Below, piece by piece: positions 1 to 8,593 of a stretch of 64,000 nucleotides of DNA. This DNA comes from an uncultured delta proteobacterium (GTDB lineage: Bacteria > Myxococcota > Myxococcia > Myxococcales > Myxococcaceae). Where the stretch lies: positions 1,120,001-1,184,000 of the forward strand of contig CAVQKE010000004.1 in NCBI GenBank assembly GCA_963713045.1, read 5' to 3'. Under the pieces are notes generated by a model. It was given only the letters and a program-made list of their open reading frames with translations, made no database searches and was not told where the DNA came from. Position numbers and translations under genes: made by a program. Each line of letters opens with the position of its first letter. The first letter of the stretch is position 1.

Positions 1-1
1 G

Positions 2-1150
2 CGCGAATTCGCCGCCTTCCTCGGCTCCAAGTACTGCGTCGCCACCAACAGCGGGACGGCAGCACTGCACGTCGCGCTCGCCGCGGCTGGGGTCCAGCCG
101 GGAGACGAAGTCCTGGTGCCGGCCTTCACCTTCGTCGCCACCGCGCTGGCCGTCATGCACCAGGGGGCGACGCCGGTCTTCGTCGACGTGGAGCCGCGCA
201 CCTTTGGGATGGACCCTGGGCGACTGGAAGCAGCCCTCTCGGTGCGCACCAGGGCGGTGGTACCGGTCCACCTGCACGGCGTGCCCTGCGAGCTTCAGCC
301 CATCGCTGACTTTGCCGCCCGCCACGGACTGCTCCTCATCGAGGACGCGGCCCAGGCCGTCGGCGCCCGCTACCGAGGGCGGATGGTCGGCACCCAGAGC
401 GCGGCGGGCACCTTCAGCCTGCAATCCTCGAAGAATTTTGCCTGCGGCGAAGGTGGGCTGGTCGTCACCGACGACGAGCGGCTGTACCGGCGGGCCCTCC
501 GAGTCCGGATGTTTGGCGAGGACAGCCGGCCCGAAGACGAGGCCAGCTACGACGTCGCCCACGCCCTGGACGGCAACCGCGCCTATGACTCGGCCAGTCT
601 GGGCTGGAATTACAGGACGACGGAACTGTCGGCGGCACTGGCGCGCTCGCAGCTCCGGCACGTAGCAGCGTGGAACGAGAACGCTCTGGCCAATGCCGAG
701 TTGCTGAGCCGGCGGTTGCGCGAGCTGCCTGGCGTGACTCCACCCGCCGTCCCTGTCGACTGCGTCCCCGCCTTTCACAAGTACCGCGTCCAACTGGACG
801 CCTCTTCACTGGGCCTTCAGGCGCCGCCGGTGGCCGTCCGCGACGCCATGGTTCGCGCTCTGCGGGCTGAGGGCTGCGAGGTGGTGCTGTGGCAAACCCG
901 CCCCGTCCCGGGGCAGACACTTTTTCAGAAGCTTCAAGCGGAGGCCGGGCCCAACAGGCCCAGCTACCAGCTGTCTCAGTACCCACAGACAGCCCGCATC
1001 TTGGAGTGCTCGCTGTGCCTCTTCTCGCAGACTTACCCCATCGCCCCACAGCCGCGAGCGCTGGTCGAGGCCTATGCCGAGGCCTTCGCCCGGGTGTGGA
1101 TGCGTCTTCCCGAAGTGTTGGCGGGAGCGAAAGCCGCAGGCCCGGTGTGA
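2..1150 (+). CDS. DegT/DnrJ/EryC1/StrS family PLP-dependent aminotransferase (5' truncated by window edge)
   Basis: Frame is open from position 2 (REFAAFLGSKYCVATNSGTAALH). Motifs GDEVLVPAFTFVATA, IEDAAQA, FSLQSSKNFACGEGG (catalytic Lys) and GWNYR. Confidence 0.93.
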   Translation, partial: REFAAFLGSKYCVATNSGTAALHVALAAAGVQPGDEVLVPAFTFVATALAVMHQGATPVFVDVEPRTFGMDPGRLEAALSVRTRAVVPVHLHGVPCELQPIADFAARHGLLLIEDAAQAVGARYRGRMVGTQSAAGTFSLQSSKNFACGEGGLVVTDDERLYRRALRVRMFGEDSRPEDEASYDVAHALDGNRAYDSASLGWNYRTTELSAALARSQLRHVAAWNENALANAELLSRRLRELPGVTPPAVPVDCVPAFHKYRVQLDASSLGLQAPPVAVRDAMVRALRAEGCEVVLWQTRPVPGQTLFQKLQAEAGPNRPSYQLSQYPQTARILECSLCLFSQTYPIAPQPRALVEAYAEAFARVWMRLPEVLAGAKAAGPV

Positions 1151-2139
1151 GCTTTCCCTCGCCGCGAGAGCTCCTCGCACGGCCTCTGGTGCGCCTGGCC
1201 TGCGCGGTGCTCGGCGCCGGCGTGCTGGCCTTGGCGGTGTGGGGCGCCGGCGCTCACGCCGTCCTCAGCGGACTCGGAGAAAGCCTCCATGCGCTCCCGC
1301 TGGTGGCGGCGCTGGAGGCCCTTTTCCTTCTCTGCAGCGTTCTGGCGTTGCGCGCCCTCTATGGCGTGGACGCGGCTCGCGTCAGCCCACGCCAATGGCT
1401 CCGGGCCGGGACACTGGGCTATGCCCTGGGCGCGGTGCTGCCCATTGGCCGCGCCTCGGCCGAGGCGGCCCGGGCCGTTCTCCTCGGCCGCACCGTGGGA
1501 GGAGCACGCGCCGCGGTGGCAGCCGTGCAAATTCAAGGGGTGACGCTGCTCGCCAACGCAGTGCTGTCCGCAGTCGCCGGCGGGGCCGCGCTGGCACTCC
1601 TCGGCTTCAGCAGCATCAGCGTCCTCATCCTCGCCAATGCCCTGGGCGGCCTGGTGCTGGGCGCGGGCATCCTCATCGTCCGGGACCGCGCTCAGCCGGG
1701 ACGTCTGTTGGGCGCGGTGACCAGGCGAGGTCGTGCCTTCGGGCTGCAGTTTGACGCCACCGCCGGGGCCTCCCGGAGGAGCCTGCTGCAGGCGTTGGCC
1801 TGGGAGTGCGCCGGACGCGTGGTCCAACTCGTCCAGTGCGGCGCGGCGTTGGTGGCCATCGGCCACCGCAGTTCGGTTGGGACGACGCTGGTGGCCCGCG
1901 GAATGCTCACCGTTGGCAGTGCACTCGGAGACTTCATCCCGGCCCAACTCGGGGCCACCGAGGCGACCCTGGTTCTCGGCGCAGCGGCACTCGGACTGAC
2001 GGCGGCCAGCGCCGCGGCGCTGGCCCTCCTCATTCATGGAGGGCAGCTCGCCCTGGCGCTGTTGTGCACCCTCGTGTCGGTGGCCGTCCCCGGCGAGCCG
2101 CAGCTCGCCCCGGCCGCCCTCGAGCTCGGCCCGCCATGA
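1147..2139 (+). CDS. Multi-pass membrane protein, lysylphosphatidylglycerol synthase TM / flippase-like family
   Basis: GTGA overlap with the upstream stop. About 8 hydrophobic segments. Family-like motifs LPIGRASAEAARA and FIPAQLGATEA. Confidence 0.7.
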   Translation: MSFPSPRELLARPLVRLACAVLGAGVLALAVWGAGAHAVLSGLGESLHALPLVAALEALFLLCSVLALRALYGVDAARVSPRQWLRAGTLGYALGAVLPIGRASAEAARAVLLGRTVGGARAAVAAVQIQGVTLLANAVLSAVAGGAALALLGFSSISVLILANALGGLVLGAGILIVRDRAQPGRLLGAVTRRGRAFGLQFDATAGASRRSLLQALAWECAGRVVQLVQCGAALVAIGHRSSVGTTLVARGMLTVGSALGDFIPAQLGATEATLVLGAAALGLTAASAAALALLIHGGQLALALLCTLVSVAVPGEPQLAPAALELGPP

Positions 2140-2927
2140 CGTCCCCGGGCGACGCCGAGCGCGCCTCCTGGAAGGAGACGGCCCTGCTCGCCGTGCGCGG
2201 CGCAGGCCAAATCCAACTGGAGCGAGCCGGCACCGCCCACGTCGAACGCAAGGGCCTGGCTGACATCACCACCGACGTGGACCGCGCCTGCGAGCGCTAC
2301 GTGGTCGGCCTCATCCAGCAGCGGCACCCGGGCCACGAAGTCCTCGGCGAGGAGGGCAGCGCCGGCGCAGTCGAGGCGAGTCACCTGTGGATTGTGGACC
2401 CCTTGGACGGCACGAAAAACTACGCCCATGGCTACGGCCGCTCCTGCATCTCGCTGGCACTGGCGGTGGAGGGGGTGGTGGTGCTGGGGGCCGTCTTCAG
2501 CGCGCGGGCCAACGAATTGTTCTTCGCCCAGGGCCGCCGGGGGGCCACCCTCAATGGAGTCCCGATTTCCGTCTCGCGGACCGAGACCTTGGACCGGGCG
2601 ATGGTGGCCAGCGCCTTCGCCTACTCCGGCCGCACGGCGGACCGGCCACAACTGGAGCGCCTGGGGCGGCTGCTCGGGGCAGTCGAGGCCGTCCGCACCG
2701 ACGGATGCGCCGCGCTGGACCTGTGCGACGTCGCCTGCGGCCGCTTTGACGCCTACATCGAGCGGGGCCTCCACGCTTGGGACAGCGCCGCCGGCGCGCT
2801 CTTGGTTGAGGAGGCCGGCGGGCGGGTGAGCAGCAGTCAAGGCGGCCCCCACGACATCTTTGGCCGCGACACGCTGGCCAGCAATGGACGGCTGCACGCT
2901 GCGCTGTTGCCGCTGGTTTCAGGCTAA
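2136..2927 (+). CDS. Inositol monophosphatase family protein
   Basis: ATGA overlap. Motifs TDVDRACE, LGEE, WIVDPLDGTKNYAHG and WDSAAGALLVEEAGG. Confidence 0.93.
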   Translation: MTSPGDAERASWKETALLAVRGAGQIQLERAGTAHVERKGLADITTDVDRACERYVVGLIQQRHPGHEVLGEEGSAGAVEASHLWIVDPLDGTKNYAHGYGRSCISLALAVEGVVVLGAVFSARANELFFAQGRRGATLNGVPISVSRTETLDRAMVASAFAYSGRTADRPQLERLGRLLGAVEAVRTDGCAALDLCDVACGRFDAYIERGLHAWDSAAGALLVEEAGGRVSSSQGGPHDIFGRDTLASNGRLHAALLPLVSG

Positions 2928-2931
2928 CGTC

Positions 2932-5448
2932 ATGCCCCTGGCGTCCGGCAACCCTTTCAGGCGAGCGCTCCTCCGCCTCTCCGAGGCCTACGGCCGCTAC
3001 GTCGCGCTGGTATGCGCTCGCCCCGGGATGGCCGGCCTCGTTCTGGCGCTGGCGTGTGTTCCAGCGCTGGCGCTCAGCATCGCCTTTTTCAGCCACATTG
3101 AGGCTGGCCTTCAGGAGTTGCTTCCGCCTTCGGCGCCCTCGGTGCGGGCGCTCAACCGGCTGCATGCCTTGGTGGGCGGAAAATCCCACCTCGCCGTCAT
3201 CGCCCACTCGCCAGACCGCGCCGCCAACGAGCGCTTCATCTCGGAGCTGACCGAACACCTGGCTAGTGTCAACCTACCCGAGGTGAGGAGCATCGAGGGC
3301 AACGTCAAAGTGGAGCGGGCCTGGCTGATGCGGCGTGCTCCGCTGCTCATTCCTCAGCTCGACTTCGAGCGCCTGCTGTCGCGGTTTGACGAGGCCGTTC
3401 GCGCCGAGAAGCAACGACGCAACCCCCTACAACTCGACCTTGACGAGGACCAGCGCACCGCGCCGGCCAGTTGGAAGGAATTGGAGAAGGAGTTCGACCG
3501 CGCGGTGGGCAAAGAGGACCGCTTTCCGTCGGGCTATCTCGAGACGGCGGACGGAACGGTGGTGGTGGCCATTTTCTGGCTGCGAGGCTCGGAGGTCGAG
3601 CTCGGCCCATCCCAACGGTTGATGGCTGGCGTGCAGAGAGAAATCGCCACACTGCGCCCCCAATTCCCCACGGTCTCGGTGGCCTTCAACGGCGAGGTGC
3701 CCAATCTTCTCGAGGAACACGCCGCCATCCTGTCGGACCTCTCCCTCTCCAGCGTGTTTGTCATTGTGCTCGTCGGCGCGTGCATCTCGCTTTACTTCCG
3801 CTCATTGCACGCCGTCTTGACGGTGGTCCTGGTCCTTCTCCCCGGGTTGCTCTTCTCTTTTGCGCTCGGACGGCTCACCATCGGCGGTCTCAACTCGAAC
3901 ACTGCCTTTCTGGGCACCATCATCGCCGGCAACGGCATCAACTACCCGCTGCTCTTCCTGGCTTACTACCGCGCAGAGCCCGCGGACTTGAGCATGCCGC
4001 ACGCGCTCCGCGCTGCAGCACGTCAGGCCCTCCCGGGCACGCTCGCCGCCGCCTTGGCCGCCTCGGCCGCCTATGGCGGGCTGGCCGCCTCGGACTTCCG
4101 TGGCTTCTCCCAGTTTGGAATTCTCGGAGGGCTGGGCATGGCGACCGTCTGGGTCTTCACCTACCTGACGATGCCACTTTTCGTTGCGCTGCTGCGCCCG
4201 CCGCGCCGCGAGGCGCCGTCGACAGCAGTGCAGCAAATGCTGCACGTCTTCTTCGCCCGCGGATGGCTCTCGTCGGGCCTGGCGCTCGCCTTCGTCGCCA
4301 CGTTGCTGGTCTGGACGGGGCTGGGGGTGGCCCACGCGGTGACTCACGGCGTTTACGAGAGGGACCTCCGGATGTTGCGCAACCAGGAGTCGCTGACGGT
4401 GGGTAGCGCATCCTGGGACGCGAAGATGAATGAAGTCTTTGGCGTCTGGCTCAACCCGGTGGTGGCGTTGGCCGAGGACCCGGCGCACCGGGAACCCGCC
4501 GCGACGACGCTGCGGCGCGTCTTCGCCGAGAAGGACCCCGGCGCCGTCCAGTCGGTGGAGACCATCGAGAGATTCGTTCCGGCGCTGAGCAACCAGGAGG
4601 CGCGCCTCAAGGAGCTCTCGCGCATTGGCGCGCGCATCCGGCGGGTGCCAGACAGCGACATCCCGGAGCGAATGCGGGCCGACGTGCGCAACTGGTTTGC
4701 CGAGGAGTCGCTGCGGCCCATTGAGTTGCGCGAAGTCCCCGAGCGCCTGGTGAGCGCCTTCCGAGAGCTGTCGGGCCGCGTCGACCGAGTGGTGTTGGTC
4801 TACCCTTCCATTCACGTCGACTTTGACGACGGCCGAAACCTCTCGCGCTTCGCCGACGTGGTGCGTTCCGCCCAGCTTCCGGCTGACGTCAGCGTTGGTG
4901 GTGGCTTCCTTTTCATGGCGGATATTCTCCAGCTGGTGCGGGACGAGGCCCCGCAGGTGGTGCTGGTGGTGGCGGCGGTGGTGTGCGTGCTGCTGCTGGC
5001 CATCTTCGCGCGGCGGCCGGGGCGCGCGCTGGTCAGCCTCCTCACCATGTTGGCCGCCGCTTTTTGCTCCCAGGCCGTGGTCCTGGCGCTGGGCATCAAA
5101 ATCAACCTCCTCAACTTTGCGGCCCTCCCCATCACCATCGGCGTCGGCGCGGACTACGTGGTGAATCTCCTCGGGGCGATGAGCTCGCTGCGCGTGGACG
5201 CGCGGGGGGCTTGCGTCCGGATGGGTGGCGCCATCCTCTTGTGCTCGCTGACCACCGTCATCGGCTACTTTTCGCTGGTGCTGGCCAAGTCCGGCGCGCT
5301 GCGGAGCTTTGGCTGGGCGGCGGTGCTCGGCGAGTTGGTGGCCAGCCTCGCGGTGCTGCTGGTGCTGCCGGTGGCGCTCGGGACGCGGCTCGCCGACGCA
5401 GTGGTTCCCCCGTCGCTGCCGCCCTCAGCGCGCGAACCCTCCACCTAG
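2932..5448 (+). CDS. MMPL/RND family transporter
   Basis: Two repeats of TM + large soluble loop + 5 TM. GNGINY and IGVGADYVV motifs, LLCSLTTVIGYFSL. Confidence 0.88.
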   Translation: MPLASGNPFRRALLRLSEAYGRYVALVCARPGMAGLVLALACVPALALSIAFFSHIEAGLQELLPPSAPSVRALNRLHALVGGKSHLAVIAHSPDRAANERFISELTEHLASVNLPEVRSIEGNVKVERAWLMRRAPLLIPQLDFERLLSRFDEAVRAEKQRRNPLQLDLDEDQRTAPASWKELEKEFDRAVGKEDRFPSGYLETADGTVVVAIFWLRGSEVELGPSQRLMAGVQREIATLRPQFPTVSVAFNGEVPNLLEEHAAILSDLSLSSVFVIVLVGACISLYFRSLHAVLTVVLVLLPGLLFSFALGRLTIGGLNSNTAFLGTIIAGNGINYPLLFLAYYRAEPADLSMPHALRAAARQALPGTLAAALAASAAYGGLAASDFRGFSQFGILGGLGMATVWVFTYLTMPLFVALLRPPRREAPSTAVQQMLHVFFARGWLSSGLALAFVATLLVWTGLGVAHAVTHGVYERDLRMLRNQESLTVGSASWDAKMNEVFGVWLNPVVALAEDPAHREPAATTLRRVFAEKDPGAVQSVETIERFVPALSNQEARLKELSRIGARIRRVPDSDIPERMRADVRNWFAEESLRPIELREVPERLVSAFRELSGRVDRVVLVYPSIHVDFDDGRNLSRFADVVRSAQLPADVSVGGGFLFMADILQLVRDEAPQVVLVVAAVVCVLLLAIFARRPGRALVSLLTMLAAAFCSQAVVLALGIKINLLNFAALPITIGVGADYVVNLLGAMSSLRVDARGACVRMGGAILLCSLTTVIGYFSLVLAKSGALRSFGWAAVLGELVASLAVLLVLPVALGTRLADAVVPPSLPPSAREPST

Positions 5449-5616
5449 GGCCGAGTCCCGGGGGCTTGCGACGCGCGACGCCCGTACCCCACGGGGCGCC
5501 CTGTAGCCGCGCGGCCAGTGCCGCCCGTCGCGCCAAGCCGTGCGGGGACACCACCCCGAAGTTGGCCCGGTGCCGGCAGCGTGGGGTCGGCCTGGGGTGA
5601 AGGTTCGGGCCTCCGA

Positions 5617-5666
5617 TGGGTCTTGTAAAGACCCAATTGACAATCTATATGAGGTCTATATAAGTT
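5617..5666 (+). promoter_or_regulatory. Putative sigma70-type promoter with an upstream inverted repeat and internal direct repeats
   Basis: TTGACA at 5637-5642 and an AT-rich -10 region at about 5659-5666. Perfect IR TGGGTCTT-GTA-AAGACCCA at 5617-5635. TCTATAT at 5644 and 5655. Confidence 0.55.
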
Positions 5667-5717
5667 CCGATTCTGAACCTCGGCCGTCGGAAGGTCAGTC
5701 CGAAAGGAGCAGTCACC

Positions 5718-5912
5718 ATGAGCAGCAAGCAGAAGCTCGACGTTCTCGCCGTCAAGACTGTCAACGAGAAGGACTACTACACGCGCATCGGCGTGGCCTT
5801 CCCACTCGACCATGGGGGCTTCAACGTGCTGTTTGACGCCCTCCCCACCAACGCCCGGGTCCTCCTCCTGCCGGACCGAGACCGACCCGCCGTCGCCGAG
5901 CTGGAGGGCTGA
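5718..5912 (+). CDS. Small hypothetical protein resembling plasmid/ICE-borne YWTRIGxAW-type (DUF736-like) proteins
   Basis: Strong RBS AAAGGAG. Sequence YYTRIGVAFPLDHGGFNVLFDALPTNARVLL resembles small beta-rich proteins of mobile elements (recalled, not searched). Confidence 0.7.
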   Translation: MSSKQKLDVLAVKTVNEKDYYTRIGVAFPLDHGGFNVLFDALPTNARVLLLPDRDRPAVAELEG

Positions 5913-5990
5913 GCCCCCAAAACTTGGGAGGCCCGTTCGCTGCGTCCTGGGCGCACGGGTCACCCTCGCTCCGAAAGGCTGGTGGCGACC

Positions 5991-6455
5991 ATGACCGACA
6001 CCCTGAATCGGACAAACGCGGACCCGCCGGCCAAAACGGGTCGCAGCTGCGGGCAGTCCGGGCCGACGCTGACCGAGCTGCAGCGCGAGCTCGAGCAATT
6101 CGACTTGGAGGCCGAGGACCGTCGCCGCTTTCGTACCGAGATGAAGGACCTGCGCGAGGGTCTGTGCGAGCGGAGGTTGCGAGAGCACATCGGCCCGTTC
6201 TTGGTACGGGTGGAGAAGTTCGCCACCCAATTCATTCGCGTCCCCGGCGACGCCGCCCTGGGACGGAGTCTCTTCACTCCTTGGATTTCTCATCTCGTCG
6301 GAAGCGCCGCCGAGCCTGAGTGGCGCATTGTCGGAGGATTCGACGTGCTGCAGGGCTGGTGCTGGAACCGCTACTGCTCCGCGGAGCAGCGCCTCACTCA
6401 ACACGACGCCTCACTGCCTGCAGCGGGCGAGCCCCGGGCGGCCGGCACCCGATGA
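5991..6455 (+). CDS. Hypothetical protein
   Basis: ORF with GC-rich codon usage and a coiled-coil-like N-terminal half. Its stop overlaps the next start (ATGA). Confidence 0.55.
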   Translation: MTDTLNRTNADPPAKTGRSCGQSGPTLTELQRELEQFDLEAEDRRRFRTEMKDLREGLCERRLREHIGPFLVRVEKFATQFIRVPGDAALGRSLFTPWISHLVGSAAEPEWRIVGGFDVLQGWCWNRYCSAEQRLTQHDASLPAAGEPRAAGTR

Positions 6456-7147
6456 GCGCAACGCCCGCGTCGGCTGGCGGCTGGGGCACCCTCTTCCAGC
6501 GCCCGACGCCCGAGGCACCACGCAAGCCCTCCGCCAGCGAGACCGCAGCGAAGACGGTCGGTCACGCGGCCACCCGGCTGGATGCAGCCTACCGTCGGCA
6601 GATGGAGGCCGTCTCGAAAGCCAGGGCGGAGGAGGCCGCGCTGCTGTGCACCATCCTTGCCGGTGTGCGGGCGGCCCTGCCTGCCCTGGTGAGCCCGCTC
6701 CTCCTTCTGGACGTCAGCGCGCGCGGGCGTCCGAGCCTGCTCCACCTCCGCGCCCTCCCGTTGTTTGGCAACGCCCCGCAGCCGAGGACCGCGAGTCCAG
6801 GGCCCATGGAGAGCCTTTTTCTCCTCGAGGACGGCACCTTCCTGCGCGTGCGCTTCACCGGTGCGACGACACTGACTGACGAAGGACGCCTGGCCCTCGC
6901 GGCCGACCGGTTGGAGGGCATCGACGTGCGCCATGTCCTGCGAGACCACCAGGTTGAGGAGGTCGCCGCTGTCCTTCAGCGCGCCCTCAGTCATCAGACC
7001 ACCCGGCGCGAAGCCCAGGCCCGCGACGCCGCCGCCTACGTCGCCCGGCTGCAGGCCCTGCGCCTACTCCTCACCCCGCTTCTAAGAAGCCATCGTTCAT
7101 TGGGCTTGGCCCACGCCAAGCGTGGCGGCCGAGTCCCCCTGGGCTAA
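6452..7147 (+). CDS. Hypothetical protein
   Basis: ATG at 6452 overlaps the upstream TGA. Plausible globular sequence. Confidence 0.6.
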   Translation: MSATPASAGGWGTLFQRPTPEAPRKPSASETAAKTVGHAATRLDAAYRRQMEAVSKARAEEAALLCTILAGVRAALPALVSPLLLLDVSARGRPSLLHLRALPLFGNAPQPRTASPGPMESLFLLEDGTFLRVRFTGATTLTDEGRLALAADRLEGIDVRHVLRDHQVEEVAAVLQRALSHQTTRREAQARDAAAYVARLQALRLLLTPLLRSHRSLGLAHAKRGGRVPLG

Positions 7148-7260
7148 CGCGCTTCTTACCTTTCAGAAGCGTGCTGGAGGCGTTCCATGTCGGCCAGGAG
7201 TGGCATACATGTACGGCCGACCGGGTGCCGGTCTGCATCAAATGAAGTTCCTAAACAACA

Positions 7261-7299
7261 TTGACATTGGTCGCACATGGATGCCATGTTGTATCCATG
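7261..7299 (+). promoter_or_regulatory. Putative promoter and operator of the RHH gene / T4SS-like operon
   Basis: TTGACA at 7261-7266. Inverted repeat CATGGAT (7276-7282) / ATCCATG (7293-7299) brackets the -10 region and includes the ATG at 7297. Confidence 0.55.
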
Positions 7300-7662
7300 A
7301 GCGCTGTGCACGCGATGGCAAAGACTCCCCTACCAGCGGACCAGGAGATGCGGCAGCTGAACGTGAAGGTGCCCCCCGAGGACGCAAACTTCGTCCAGGA
7401 GGTCCTGCGTCCACAGCTTGGGTTCCCCTACAATGCCGAGGCCGTCCGCGAAGTCATCTCGCAGCTGCGGACGTGGTTTCGCCTCCCCAGCTACGTCGTC
7501 GACGTGCTGAAGAAGGACGCGGAGTCCCAAAAGCTCCACATCCTCGACTACCTGCAGATGCTGCTGCACAAGCGCTACGAGGACCTGGCCACAGAAGGCC
7601 GAGAGCGCCCTCCGCCGCGCCCCTCCCCGACACCTTCGTCCTCCAAATCCGGACGACGCTGA
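7297..7662 (+). CDS. Putative DNA-binding protein with two ribbon-helix-helix-like motifs
   Basis: QLNVKVPPEDANFVQEVLR...NAEAVREVISQ and WFRLPSYVVDVLKKDAESQKLHILDYLQMLL each fit the strand-Pro-helix-helix pattern. Confidence 0.6.
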   Translation: MSAVHAMAKTPLPADQEMRQLNVKVPPEDANFVQEVLRPQLGFPYNAEAVREVISQLRTWFRLPSYVVDVLKKDAESQKLHILDYLQMLLHKRYEDLATEGRERPPPRPSPTPSSSKSGRR

Positions 7663-7935
7663 AGACGCCCACTGCCTCTGGCCCGACCGTATGCCCGTTC
7701 CCACCCTTTGCACCGACCCGCCCAACTCCGGCGGAGGGCCGCCCAAAGGTCGAGAACTGTGGCAGCAGCAAACGCCTTGCGATGGCCATCTCAGGGCCGA
7801 GTGCGCGCGTAGCCCCGCTCGTGAGCCGTGTCACTCGGGCGGTAGCAAAGGCCTGAGGCCCGTCGCCAGGCAACGCCACCGCGGGGAACCTGCGCCTTTC
7901 GCCGTCCTGCCCCGCGCACCTGGAGGTGATGTGCC

Positions 7936-8247
7936 ATGAACCGCTTCTTCGCCTTTCCGCTGAGAAACTCGCTGAGAAGGGTCCGGCTCACAGTCCTTCT
8001 TTTCTCGTGCGCCGCGGCCTCGGCGCTCGGCCAAACGGTGGACCCGACGGCGATGGGACAAGGGTTCTTCGCCTACGCCAGGCCCTACGTCGTTTGGGCA
8101 GGGGCCGGGATGGTGTTGCTGTGCGTCGCCGCAGCGACGTTCTACAAGCCGCTTCTCAAAGAAGCACTCATCACCGCTGGAATTGTGGTGATGCTGGTCT
8201 TCCTCTTCAACACCTTCCCGGACCTGGTTCGGGCGCTTAGCCACTGA
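7936..8247 (+). CDS. VirB2/TrbC-like pilin candidate
   Basis: RBS GGAGGT. 103 aa with a signal-peptide-like leader and two hydrophobic helices. First position in a VirB-ordered operon. Confidence 0.6.
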   Translation: MNRFFAFPLRNSLRRVRLTVLLFSCAAASALGQTVDPTAMGQGFFAYARPYVVWAGAGMVLLCVAAATFYKPLLKEALITAGIVVMLVFLFNTFPDLVRALSH

Positions 8248-8263
8248 CGGAAGGGCAACCGCC

Positions 8264-8593
8264 TTGGACGCGCCTGTCTACCGGCACGCCGACTCGCGCG
8301 CCACGTTGCTCGGGCTCAACTTCCCCGGGGACTTTTTTGTTGTCGTCGTGGCGAGTTACCTATGGTTGATGGTGCTGCGGCCGGTGGCTTTTCTCCTGGC
8401 TGCGGCCGTCACCCACCTGGGGGTCGCCCTGCTCAACCGCGGTCGTCCTCCACAGCACTGGGCGCATGCGTTGAGCTTTCAGCTGCGCCGCCACGTTTTT
8501 TCCGGTGAAATCAGCGCCGCCGCGCGCAGCAATGCGCCGCAATTCCCCTTCGGCCCGTACCGCAGCTCAGAGGTCAACGGGAGACGGCCTTGA
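8264..8593 (+). CDS. VirB3/TraL-like small membrane protein
   Basis: PVYRHADSRATLLGL N-terminus, two TM segments, then RGRPP. Directly upstream of, and overlapping, the VirB4 gene. Confidence 0.6.
   Translation: MDAPVYRHADSRATLLGLNFPGDFFVVVVASYLWLMVLRPVAFLLAAAVTHLGVALLNRGRPPQHWAHALSFQLRRHVFSGEISAAARSNAPQFPFGPYRSSEVNGRRP

Noticed and set aside
5449..5600. tRNA or att site at the left edge of the T4SS-like region
   Set aside because: No tRNA-like T-loop/acceptor pattern and no matching direct repeat found elsewhere by eye.
5445..6404. 319-aa minus-strand ORF
   Set aside because: Antisense shadow of plus-strand ORFs that have an RBS and coupled stops. No recognisable motifs.
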